This document shows, piece after piece, positions 48,831 through 59,767 of a DNA stretch of 64,000 nt. The notes below the pieces were generated by a model that was not told the origin of the DNA, did no database searches, and saw only the letters and a list, made by a program, of their open reading frames with translations. Made by a program: the position numbers and the translations under genes. The first letter of the stretch is position 1; each line of letters opens with the position of its first letter. The stretch is from positions 19,157,593-19,221,592 of the forward strand of contig CM119270.1 in the NCBI GenBank assembly GCA_051294375.1. The letters run 5' to 3'. The stretch comes from Paraspadella gotoi (lineage: Eukaryota > Animalia > Chaetognatha).

Positions 48831-50120
48831 CAGGCGCAAAAATACCTATCTGATGACGTCAATCAGATGACGTCATCACTTCCGGTCATGACGTCATCAC
48901 TTCCGGTTATGACGTCATCATTGTTGTTTATGACGTTACCCAAAAATACCTGTATAATGACGTCATCACTTTCGTTTAGACTGAGGTCACCCATGGTTTT
49001 GACGTCATCACTTTAGATTCTGCTATTGTCGATCGAGTTATTGCATTATCTTATGACTGCGTCACAGATGACGTCATTCTCACTATTTCAACATTTGATG
49101 TAATATTTTTATCTCGTTCATCATCTTTTCTATTAATTAGAAAAATTACTTTTAAACTTTAAATTAAAACAATATTCGATTTCCTTAAACAAATCATTTG
49201 TCTTTAATTTGCTTGAGATCGAGAGACACTTCCCTGCGGATATTCGTAGAAAAAACGAAAGATAAAAGCGAACTGCAACTGTAAATATTTTTTTTTGTAA
49301 GCAACTTTATAAATCACCCGCTTTATTTAGCTATATTTTATTCATTAATCAAACTAATTAATCAATTTTTTTTCTTACGTTAAATCATCGATACATAAAA
49401 CTAATTCATTAATTTAATTATTTTTTCGACAAAGAGACAAGAGGAAGATTTTTTTTCGCCGCAATCCATCATCGTCCGTTTAAACCTTTGAGCAAGGAAA
49501 ACAATCTTTAATTATAATATTTTTTTCTCTTTAAAAGATTATTTACCGTTGCTCACCTTATAATTTATTTGTCATTTTTATTTTTTCTTTTTTTCGCTCC
49601 CCCTTTGGCTACTTCTTTAGCTTATTTGAGCAGAGAAAACAATTTTTTTTATTATAAAGAATTTTTTATTTAAAAGACTTATCACCATTTACTTTTTCTT
49701 GTTTAACTCTTTAGTATTTTTTATCTGATCGTCTCTCCTTAAGCAAACAAACTACTTTTTAGTAGATCTTTTCTTACCCAATAATTTTCTCTTTTCCCCC
49801 CTTTAATTTTCTTCTAAAAACTTTGTGAGGTCGTCGAATATAGCTGTATTAATAAAATACAATTTTAATATATTATTAATGACGTAATTTAAATATCAGC
49901 GAATAATGTCATCATTTTACAACTGACCTTGAATTTCTTTGAGTTTGACTAGTAATTCTTTCTTTGGTCGTGGAGGTGGATTTGGAGGTGGTTTTGGAGG
50001 TGGTTTTGGAGGGGGATTCTTTGGCCTCGTCATCGTCGTCGTTGTTTTTCTCGTGTTTATCTTTTAAAAGAATAGAAAAGAGAAAAGAAACATTAAAGAG
50101 AGGGAAATTATAGGCGAGAC

Positions 50121-50161
<41 letters not shown>

Positions 50162-51608
50162 AAATAGGCGTTCAGACGCAAAAATACCAATCTGATGACG
50201 TCATCAGATGACGTCATCACTTTCGGTCATACGTCCATCACTTCCGGTCATGACGTCATCACTTCCGGTCATGACGTCATCATTTCCGGTCATGACGTCA
50301 TCACTTCTGGTCATGATGTCACTACTTCAGCTCTTGACGTATCACTTCTATACATAATACCTGTCATGAAGATGACGTTATCACTTCTGGTTAAGACATC
50401 ATCTCATTCTGTCATGACATCATCTTCTCTGGTCATGATGTCACTACTTCAGCTCTTGACGTATCACTTCTATACATAATACCTGTATAATGATGTCACC
50501 ACTGATGTCATTACTTAGATCGCCTTCCCTCTATTTCAACATTTGATTCAATAATTCAATGTGCGATAATTTTGTCTTTGAAACTTTAAACAATAAATAA
50601 TATCCCTAAACAAACCATTTTGTTTGTTATTTATTTATTTATTTACTTATTTACTTATTTACTTATTTATTTATTATAATTCAATGTGTGATAATTATGT
50701 CTTTGAAACCTTAAACAATAAATAATATCTCTAAACAAATCATTTGTTTTTTTCAAATTGCTTGAGATCGAAAAACGCTCTCGCGGATATTTGTAGAAGA
50801 AAAAACAAAAGATAAAAGCGAACTGCCACTTCTAATATTTTTTTTGGAAGCAAACTTTATAAATCACTTGCCTTTTTAGCTAGCTTTTATTTATTAATAA
50901 AACTGATTAATCTATTTCTTTTTAACGTTAAATCATCGATACATATAACTAATTTTATTAACTAATTTGAAAAAATGAGAAATATTTTGACATTAATCAT
51001 TCCTTCGCCCGTCATTGTCCAATCATCCGTGTAAAACCTTTGAGCAAGGAAAACAATCTTTAATTATAATATTCTTTCTTCAAAAGATTATGAACCATGC
51101 TCACCCTATAATTTATTTGTCATCCCCTTTTTCCACCCGGTTTTTGACTTCTATAACCTATTTGAGTAGAGAAAACATTTTTTTTATTATAAAATCTATA
51201 CTTAAAAGATTTTAATCTCTATATAATTTCTATCTTGTTTAACCTTTTTATATTTTTTTCTATTTGATCGCCTCTCCTTGAGCAAAGATTTTTTTAAAGA
51301 TTTTTGCTTACCTAATAATTTTTTTTCTAATTCTCCTCTAAAAATTTTGTTAGATCGTCGAAGATTGCTGCATTAATAAGATCCAATTTTAATATTAATG
51401 ACGTAATTTAAATATTGGTGAATAATGTTGACATTTTCTAACTGACCTTGAATTTCTTTTAGTCTTTGTATTATTTCTTTATTTGGACGAGGTGGAGGGG
51501 TTGGTGGAGGTTCCTTTGGCCTCGTCTTCGTCGTCGTCGTCTTCGTCGTCGTCGTCGTTCCTTTTGGGTTTGTCTTTAAAAAAAGATAGAAGAAAAGAAA
51601 CATTAAAG
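48831..51608. repeat. Diverged tandem duplication (48831-50098 and 50173-51608), each unit with a TGACGTCA array and a decayed minus-strand spliced ORF
   Basis: The units share a start (cag.cgcaaaaatacc.atctgatgacgtca), internal anchors (ttgcttgagatcga; aaacctttgagcaaggaaaacaatctttaattataatat) and an end (gaaaagaaacattaaag). They differ by many substitutions and have no N gap between them. Confidence 0.85.
50190..50515. promoter_or_regulatory. 21-bp tandem repeat array of CRE (TGACGTCA) plus ETS (CCGGAAGT) sites, headed by a 20-bp perfect palindrome; shorter copy at 48848-49080
   Basis: atctgatgacgtcatcagat at 50190-50209 followed by units of catcacttccggtcatgacgt. Regulatory function is inferred. 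Confidence 0.55.
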
Positions 51609-51934
51609 TATAAATTTGTTATGTATTACTAAAAATACCCGCGATTTATATAACCAAAGCAGCATCAACCCAAATTTGGTTTACATATTATTCTATGCTA
51701 TTGAATGCGAGAATTTATATATTATTTCCTAATAAGCGATACAATAGAACTAAAAAAAACTAAACTACTATGATCTCAACATGATTAATTATATTTAAAC
51801 CCCTAACCCTAATACCTAATCTTATTTACCTGACAACCTGTCAATTTTAATAAAACACCCTTTCAACTGTTTTCCGCTCCTCAAAGTTAATGTTGTGGCA
51901 GCAAGACTTAAAGCTGCCTCACTGCTGTCCGTCC

Positions 51935-52145
51935 TCAGCCTCGTCTCAATGGCTGAGCAGGCTAAATCATCTCATTCCATCCGTGCGTCCCGGGTTCAAT
52001 CCCTGGGTATCCCGGTTCTGGCTTAAATGTGACGGTGCCGGTATAAACATGCCAGTGACAGGAGGCGGTCACTGAGGGTCCGCAGCCCCTACGCCAGTTG
52101 GTGAGATACCCCGCGCCCCGGGTATCACAGGCTATCCTCCCGTTG
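51935..52145 (+). mobile_element. tRNA-derived SINE
   Basis: A box TGGCTGAGCAGG (~51950) and B box GGTTCAATCCC (~51993) at tRNA-like spacing, no complete cloverleaf, then a GC-rich body. Confidence 0.55.
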
Positions 52146-52149
52146 CCAT

Positions 52150-53475
52150 AATGTATTCATCTCCACCTCTTTCTCACTCTCCTCATCTTCTTCAACAATC
52201 AATTCCATCATCTCTTCCTCATATTCTGTACTGTCTGGATAGTCATCTTCGTCTTCAATCTTAAATTCACAATCCATCTTCCTTCTCCACTTCATCTTCC
52301 TCTAGTTCAGCGTCGCTTGTCAAATTATTCTTTACTTTTTCTATAACGTTGTGCAAACGCAATTTCTTATCCTCTAAGTTGCATCTTGTCTTTACTCTTT
52401 CATCGTCGTCTATTATTATTATCCTATCGTTTGTTGGTATGAATTGTCGAGAATAGTTTTCAGTGTTTACTTCTAGCGACGGGAACATGACGTCGACCTC
52501 GGTGCTTTTCTTTCTATCCATTTCCGCCTCTTCTCTCTCTTTACTTTCTTTCTTCTCTCTCGCTTTAATTTGGAAATCTAATAACTTTTTGATCTTTCTT
52601 TTTTTCTTCATTATATCTTTTTTGTGCTCCTTCTGCTTTTCTTCTACCTCCTGAATTTTCTTGAGATATTCTGTAAATTCAGTTTCGTAATTAGTATTTT
52701 GTTTTTCAGTCACGTCGATCGATGGAGTCGTTGTTTCTGATGACTTTTTTTTGCTGAATGGTTATGGGATCTTGTTGATAATGCGGCGCCGAGACTAATT
52801 GAACGCGAGGCGAGGAATTGTTGGGAGGATGTAGTTAGGGTGTGTCGATGAATTGAGTGTGAGGTGGATTGGGAAATGTCGTCATACGAACTTGAGGGCG
52901 TTGTAAAGGTGACGGAGGTGCGGGTGGAGTAAAAATTATTGGCATTTGAGAGAGACGGGAAGTAGGGATTATCGATGGGATCGTAGATTGAGACAGAGAA
53001 GTTGGTCTCCATTGTTGAGACGTTGATGACATCGTCGCATGAAAGTATGTTGGTCTTGATTGCTGAGACACGAGAACGTGATTCTGTTGCAACGCCATTC
53101 GCATATGGGTTAACTTAATCTCCTGCTCTTTTATCTTTTGTTGTTGTTGATGCAGCAACATCGATTGATGGTTCATGTGGTGCACCTGTTGATTTTGTAT
53201 ATGTCTAAGGCTTATTATCTCTTCTTCTTGCTTGTTGGTCATTAAGTAAATGGCAAAATTTTTTCCTATATCTTTAATCGTCGGAGCATTTTGCGGAATA
53301 ATTTTTTTAGCGTTTTTTAAAATCAATTCTGAAGCTCCGTGTATTCCCCACTGTAATGTGGGTTGTACGGTATTGTTCGAGCTTGCAAAAATTGGTGTTA
53401 AAATAGCAGTATCTAACTGCTTCCTTGACAGTTACCTGACTGTCCATTTCCTTGGCTGTTTGATCGGTAGAATTC
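52150..53475 (-). pseudogene. Decayed unknown ORF(s), Gln-rich then Glu/Lys-rich coiled coil, divergent from the viral ATPase
   Basis: Adjacent ORFs 52835-53326, 52710-53012 and 52267-52713 lie in shifting frames with an upstream in-frame stop. No family was recognised. Confidence 0.4.
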
Positions 53476-53566
53476 ATTTTCTAAAAAAAAAAAAAAAAAT
53501 AATAACTTTCGTGAGCTACTATATATAATAATTGGTCGGACTCTAAAGCTTCATTCATTATAAAAA

Positions 53567-54388
53567 ATGGAATCACTATCGAATAAAAACATTTTTGACG
53601 CTAACATTATTACTCCGTTTTGCATGTTAGCGGTCGGTTCCTCAAATTCAGGTTCATAGAAACTAGTTAATTATTTAGCACTACTTAAAAAAACATTTTT
53701 TGTTTATTTTTTTTACAGGAAAAACTACATTTGTTTCAAATCTCATAAAACACAGCGGGAAGATAGTCTACGAACCATTCGGAAAAATATTAATCTGTCA
53801 TCAAGCGAACGGAGACAATTATAACAACGACAACTTTCCTGGCGCCTCTTTCCATCAAGGAGCGCCTTCGCTGGAGCAAGTGGAAGATCTTGCCGAAACT
53901 CCAAACAGCGTCTTGAGCTGCGACGACTTGGACAACTCGGCCGATCTGAACTACGACCTCCTGCAGCGCATTTTTTGCGTAATCTCGCATCACTCGGTAT
54001 GATATAAAAATTAATATAAATATCATTAGATCGTTGATTAATCGTATTTTTATTCTTTTTTACTTCAGAGACTAAACTGCATCTTCATACTTCACAATCC
54101 AGACAAAATCCAGTTTTGAGGACCCTAAATTTAAACGCCTCTTATCTCGTCTTGACCAAGTTCTCGCGCGATCGAAGCGTCTTTCAAGTTTTAGGAAGAC
54201 AACTGTAGCCTGACAAGCCCAACCTGCTCGTCGAGTGTTACGTCGACAATCAAGAAAACTCGGAACATCAATTTCCTTATCTATTGATCGATAACCATCC
54301 CCACAGCAAGTCAGAAACTTTAAAGATCAGATCGCGCATCTTTCCCTTCGAGGCGCCCTCGGTTATTTACAGAAGCAAGACGTCGTGA
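53567..54388 (+). pseudogene. Polinton packaging ATPase (A32/FtsK-HerA type), copy 1, with two introns
   Basis: Exons 53567-53651, 53719-53996 and 54069-54388. Motifs: PFCMLAVGSSNS-G|KTT (Walker A), VLSCDD (Walker B), SHHS|RLNCIFILHN, RTLNLNASYLVL..RD, LGRQ, YLLID, IRSRIFP. Exon 3 has one frameshift and a TAG at 54206. Confidence 0.9.
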
Positions 54389-54783
54389 TGAAGCCGCGGA
54401 ATAATCTGGCCGCTAGAGAGCGTTTCGCAACCCAGTTTCCGCTTCTAAAAAAAGTCAACAAACTCCCGCGCAAACATCAAAAAGCATTTTGGCGTTCAAA
54501 AAAATCGAACGAAGCCTGCGTATGCCTCAGCGAAATATGCTTGAACATTCTCAAGCGTAACATACCGGTGACCGGAAGTCAGTTATCTCGATTACGTCCA
54601 TATAAGAAGCAGATGCACGCTCTCTCTCTCAGAAGTTTGCCCATAAAACACTGAAAGCAAATCGTACAAAAAGGAGGCATGTTGTCCACCATGATTTCCT
54701 TACTAGCTCCCTCCATCATCAGCCTCATCGTCAAACGGTTGCCAGAAAGGAAAAAAAATAAACGATGTCGTCGAAGCCGTTGA
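54388..54783 (+). pseudogene. Small basic Polinton/adintovirus core-like protein with C-terminal QKGG-hydrophobic motif, copy 1
   Basis: CLSEICLNILKRNIPV...LRPYKKQM...*KQIVQKGGMLSTMISLL with an internal TGA at 54652. The ATG overlaps the ATPase stop (TGATG). Confidence 0.75.
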
Positions 54784-55712
54784 GATACGCCGAGCGCATG
54801 TTTCTCGTGTCCGCTTAGGATTTTAAAAAACTCGGTTACAACGTCCCTCCCACCGTCTCCTCCAATCACATCGTCGATTCCTTCACCCCTAACCCTTCGC
54901 CAATTCCACCCAAGAATGTCAACATCCCAGAAGATTGTTACATGATCAACTTCAACAGCGAGTTCCTCAAGTCCAAGAAGCTCACGGAGAATTTAGTGGA
55001 GAGCGATTGGAGGGGGTTGGAATCGAGAATATCGCCGCTGATCGAAAACATAAGCAAGGAACGATTGATGCGGAACAGAGACAGAATAAAAAGCGAAATT
55101 CTCTTTCTCAACGGAGTAGAGATAAGGAAAGATAGAATTTACGTGGACGACGTTTCTGTGGGCGACGTCAACAAAATCTCCAATCACCTGTCGTACACCA
55201 AGTCCATCTCCCCCGATCAAATACAAAATTACTTGTTTTGGTTGAAAGATCAGAAGAAACCCTCGAAAGAAGACGTCTCTCTCCCCAAGGACGTCAAAGA
55301 GATTCCCGAGACTTCAATAAAATTAGCTTCCTCGCCGATCGTTAGAAAATCCGGCGTCATTTCAACGCCGGTTAAAAAGGCGGGAATCTCTCAGACTACG
55401 ACCAAGAGAACGCCAGTCAAGAAATCGGATTTAGTTGGAACGCCCGTTAAAAGACCGGCGCCGTCTTCACCCGCGCTCGTCACTCCGTCCAAGAAGATTT
55501 CCACCCCTACTAAAATTCCTCCATCTCCCCGAAGAGAGGAACCGAAAAAGAAGACCGGTAGCCCCTTCAAAAAGAAGCCCGCGATGATGACGACGAAAAA
55601 AGCGTCGACGATCACTTCTCCGCCCAAAACCAGATCCAGAAAAAAGACGGTAGATATCGAGGATGTCCAAGAAAAGAAAAGGGCCCAAATCTTGGAATAC
55701 CTCAGTCTCTAG
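54765..55712 (+). pseudogene. Polinton ORF between core protein and integrase (basic, S/T-P-rich tail), copy 1
   Basis: MSSKPLRYAERMFLVSA*DF... is in frame with ORF 54942-55712 and has one TAG. It is homologous to 62715-63010 (MFLIS; N.EF..SK) and carries many TPxK/SPxK motifs. Confidence 0.65.
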
Positions 55713-55729
55713 CAAAGAAAGAAAGAACA

Positions 55730-56226
55730 AAACGATCGGCGACATTTACTACGACGCGAAACATCCAGCGGGCTTCTCCACCGTATCCAGAGTATTTCAA
55801 GCGGATCGTCAACGAGATCCATCCATCATCAAGTCCTACATGAGAGAATTTTTAAGCGCTCAAAGAGTGTTTACTAACTACAAACGACCCCGGAAAAAGC
55901 TATTTAGAAAATATTACGTCTTGAGAAGAAATTCCGAATTCAGCATCAATTTGGTTGACGTTCAAGCCTTGAAGACCCGTTCCAACGGTTTTGCCTACTT
56001 TTTATCTTGCGTAGATGCCTTTACCAAATGGGGATGGTGTCGTCCGTTAAAGACCGCTTCCAAAGTCGCCTCCTCCTTCGCCTCCATCATCGAAGACAAT
56101 GACTTTCGAGCTCCCGACTTGATCGTCATGGACCAGGGTAGAGAGTGGAGCGGAGATTTTGCCAAATTGATGGAGGCGCTGGAGATCGAGGTCGTGTACC
56201 CGCCCAGCGGAATGAAAGCGTCGTTT
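55730..56226 (+). pseudogene. Polinton retroviral-like (rve) integrase, N-terminal and core fragment, truncated
   Basis: IYYDAKHPAGFS, YFLSCVDAFTKWGWCRPLK, MDQGREW, KAS. The first catalytic Asp position reads Asn (SINLVD, AAT at 55948), and the sequence breaks before the expected ERxNR motif. Confidence 0.9.
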
Positions 56227-56610
56227 CCGATTTCCAGGGCGTCCCGTAGTGCCCTGAGAATTGGGGGAAACGCCCCTTGCCGTCGTTTGCATCCACGAAC
56301 GCAAAACTTTTCACCGCCACTCTCGGCAATATTCGCCCGTGTTCATCCTCGAACAGAGCCACCACTATCGCCCATCGATCGCTCAGTATCTTAAAGCGCG
56401 GCTCTACCCCGCGAAATCTCTGGTTCCCCTCTCAATTCAATCGTTTCTCCAGGTGAGTTCTTCGTCGGCGAACGACAGGGCATCAACCAGAGCGCGCCAC
56501 TCCCCACTCTTGAGCCAAATGCTCAGGAGTTTGTTCCCGTTTATCCTTTTCTCCTTAATTTGAACCGAGTTAGTTTCCAGGTTTGAGTGACACAAGATTG
56601 ATATTCTCTC
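56226..56610 (-). pseudogene. Decayed viral accessory ORF, possibly PC4-like ssDNA-binding fold
   Basis: VQIKEKRINGNKLLSIWLKSGEWRALVD resembles the PC4 GISLxxxxWxxL motif. Stops and frameshifts are present. Confidence 0.3.
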
Positions 56611-57387
56611 GCCGACGAATAACGAGAAATAATTGAGGACATTTTTTTTTTTTTGCGCAATGGTAAAAGGGCGTCGTCTCCCAGTGAGAGAGATATATCG
56701 AGTGATTGGTATATATACTATCGAAACTCGAAATTCGCCCAGTTTAATTTTTTTTTTATTATTGTCGCGCGGATATGTGAGGGCGACGGCGATGTTTGGT
56801 TTAGATAATGGGGTAGGAAAGAAGGGGGGAGAGAGAGAGAGAGAGAAAGGGAAAAGTTTTTGATGAAGCGATCCGAGGTCTCTGACTCATTCGTCGCCTC
56901 GCAGTTTAGCCTCGTTAATTTTTTTTTTCGATGGAATTATTGGCGCAGGAAATTTTTTTTTTCTCTCTATTTTTTAACAGTTAAAGAAAATAATTGTGTA
57001 AGTCACGGTAAAAGAAGAATAAGCTTCCATCAAACTTTCCGTCGCATCCGTCACCGCCCAAGATCATCCGTTTTGACCCGAGGAGAGAAAGAAAAAGAAA
57101 GAGGAATATCGGTGAGTACATTTTTTTACGTCAAAATCTCAGGTTTTTTTGTACAAGTCTAGTCTGGACAAATTGTCGTTGCGTAAATCCGTGACATTTT
57201 TTTTAAGCGTCTCTTGCTTCGTCTCACGCCAATTTGCATTTTTTTCTTTTTTTTCCAATTTTTTTCTTTTTTCCACCGACTTGCGTCCTTTTACGACGCC
57301 TCCCTCCCCCACATTTTTTTCTTTTGGCCATTTTTTTTTAAATGAGAATAGTAACCGACCGACCAATGGGCATCGCTTTTATAGTTT

Positions 57388-57898
57388 TTATCGGTAATCG
57401 TTGGGTGGGGCGAAAAATGGCACGATTCGCCCGTCTTCGGTGTCCAGCGACCTGATCAGCAGAGTGGCCAACAAATCGTGTTGCATGGTATCCGTGACGC
57501 GAGGATAATCATAAACCTCCTTGACAATCCTTTCAGCCGACATCCCTCTAGCCAGAAAGAGCAAAAAAACCAGACAATGGGCAAAGCAGGTTTGAGTTTG
57601 TTCCGACTGAAGGACCGCGTTGAAATAAACTATGGGTTTTTTTTTGGTCGGCAAAGATAGAGGGGGGGAGGTTTAATCGATCGGGCGATCGTCCGAAGCT
57701 GTCCATGACGAAGTATCTTTGGGTGTTGCATTACAACAATAACCAATGGGAGCCACCAAATTTTATTGGGTCCAAATTTGTAAAGACGATCGTAGGTTTG
57801 ACCAGAGGGGGAGTAGTATCGAGAGCGAAAATGCCGCCGTAGATGGCGTTGGAGTAGGGATCCGACTCAGCAATTTCATTCATCTCTATCGAATCCAT
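57388..57898 (-). pseudogene. Adenain-like (Ulp1/adenoviral) cysteine protease
   Basis: MDSIEM...YGGIFALD...TNLDP...GSHW (His), MDSFGRSP (Asp), LQSEQTQTC (Gln, Cys), HCLVFL..ARG. It has one TAA and one homopolymer frameshift. Confidence 0.88.
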
Positions 57899-57901
57899 TT
57901 T

Positions 57902-58505
57902 TTAAAAAAAATCTTTGGTGACCTGACGCCGGGAGTCCAACGAATATGTACCGCTTATCTCACTGAACAGTAGAAGAGTCAAGCTCTTGTTGCTACTTGA
58001 GGATTCAAACACGACCTCGATCCGCGAATTGACGATCTGTCTGGGGAGCATGTGATCGGCGAACGGTCCATTGTACCGGATGTTGGACATGACGTATATG
58101 GCATACCCACCATCGGCGAACATCTTTTGACTTATGGGCAAACCTACATTCAATTTAAAGTCCGACTGGAAAAGATGGTAATAGGCGAGGGCGAAGTCTC
58201 TCTCCTTGGAGGTCTTGGAGAACTCCGCGACTATGCAGTCCTTGGAAGGAAGATTCTCCGACTCGACAACCAGCTTCAGGGATTGGAGGGAAAAGTTTTC
58301 AAAATTGAAAGGATTTTTCGCGAAGCTTCCCAGGTAATTCTCGGTCTCGATGAAGCAACAGAGTATGAAGTCCGGAAAGATGTTGGAAGGGAAAACCGAT
58401 TCGAACTGCGCTGTCTTCTCTCCCGCCGGTATGGTGAATACGCGAGTCTAGTTGGATCGCACGTGATACTTGGCGCTCTGAGTGACGAGCCGGCGTTCTA
58501 TACTT
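57902..58505 (-). pseudogene. Polinton major capsid protein (double jelly-roll), C-terminal half
   Basis: SAKYH...FTIPAGE...FPDFILCCF...YLGSFAKNPFNFENF...GYAIY...RIEVVF...LLFSE..YSLDSRRQVTKDF*. It has one internal stop and lies directly upstream of the protease, as in Polintons. Confidence 0.82.
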
Positions 58506-58509
58506 AATT

Positions 58510-59400
58510 TCACAGACGGTAATACGCGGACCTTTCTTAGGTAGAGTCTCATAGCTTTCAAATTCAACTTAAAGTCCGGGGTGGCCGATCCGTTGAGGAG
58601 ACAGAAATTATCTGCGGAATCAGTAATTTATTTTGATCCTTGATCTTGTTACAGGGATGATATTTGTTATAATTGGCGCAACTTTTAGCGTGAAGACGTT
58701 GATGAGGAAATCTGATCCAGGACCAATCGGCCTCTCCCCTCCCCATATCTCCCCCCTCCTCATCTCTAGGAACCGTGTGAACGGTGAGGCATCTCGTCTC
58801 GAAATCGGCGTAGGCAACGAAGTCAAACTCGGCGTGAAAAAAATTTTCCTGCGCATCGTAATGCAAATAAGTTTCTTCCGGGGGATAAGTTTCTAACTGG
58901 GCCGTCACCGTCTCTCGCCCGCATAAACGAGAGTGGAGCGAAAACGTCGAGGACAAAGCCGTGCTGAAGAGACACTTGACGCAAATGAAACGGCTCCTCC
59001 CGTGTCCTTTACAGAACTGCAACGAAGTTAGTCGAGAAAGGTTGGTTATAGAAACCAGATGATGTTGTACGTTGTTCTTGTCTATTCTTTTTTTAATTAT
59101 TAAAAGATTACAAACTTTAATTCCTGGAACGTCGTTTCTTTTAGAGACTCTGTATGGATATATTATTCTTCTGATCCTTTTTACAAGTTTCTTCTTGAAA
59201 ATCGCGTAAACGTTGATGCATATATAGTCGTCCTCATAATCTACGTCTGGATCTCATCTTCGTCGTCATCGTCGTCGTCTTCTTTTGCTCTAGACGATGG
59301 TCCCACTCCCGACGACTTCTCCCTTTCCGTATTCCGCGTCGATATCTCTCGAGATGGACCAGAGACTTTGTCCGATCGTTGAGAACGACCCCCACCCAAC
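58510..59400 (-). pseudogene. Protein-primed family B DNA polymerase (pPolB), N-terminal fragment up to the Exo I motif
   Basis: INVY...IYPYRVS...CNLL...HHLVSITNLSRL...FICVKCL...LHSRLC (zinc-finger-like) ...FVAYADFET (Exo I). The polymerase core is deleted. Confidence 0.82.
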
Positions 59401-59767
59401 AACGCGAGGAAGCGTCGTCAGATCCCCCGACGACTCTGTCGAATCGTTTCCCGGTCGTCGTCGAGGCGAAAGGAGACAAGTCTTGTCCCACTCCTCCTTC
59501 CCCCTCTTCTCTTTCACTCTTTCCTCCTCCGGTCTCTCTCTTTCGCGTCGATCCTTCGAAGGCGTCGTCCGGCCGATGGTCGTCGATTGACGCGGAGACA
59601 AGTAAGGAACTGGCCGCGGACGCGATGGAGGCGGCCAGTGGGTGGTGGCTCTAATGGAATATTGGGTGGAGCTGGCAAATTCTCCAACTCTAAAGCGATT
59701 TCGTTTTCATTAATTGGTGCCATAATTGCCATAATTGCCATAATTGCCGTTTCTCCTCGACGACGGT

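Noticed and set aside
48600-48850. Polinton terminal inverted repeat or target-site duplication
   Set aside because: No clear (AGT)n/(AG)n terminus with a matching inverted partner is visible in the window, so the element boundary cannot be fixed.
50190-50515. Repeat array considered as a CRISPR array
   Set aside because: The units are head-to-tail with no unique spacers, there are no cas genes, and the context is eukaryotic.
51940-52012. Possible tRNA gene
   Set aside because: A and B boxes are present, but there is no convincing acceptor or anticodon stem; it is better explained as a SINE head.
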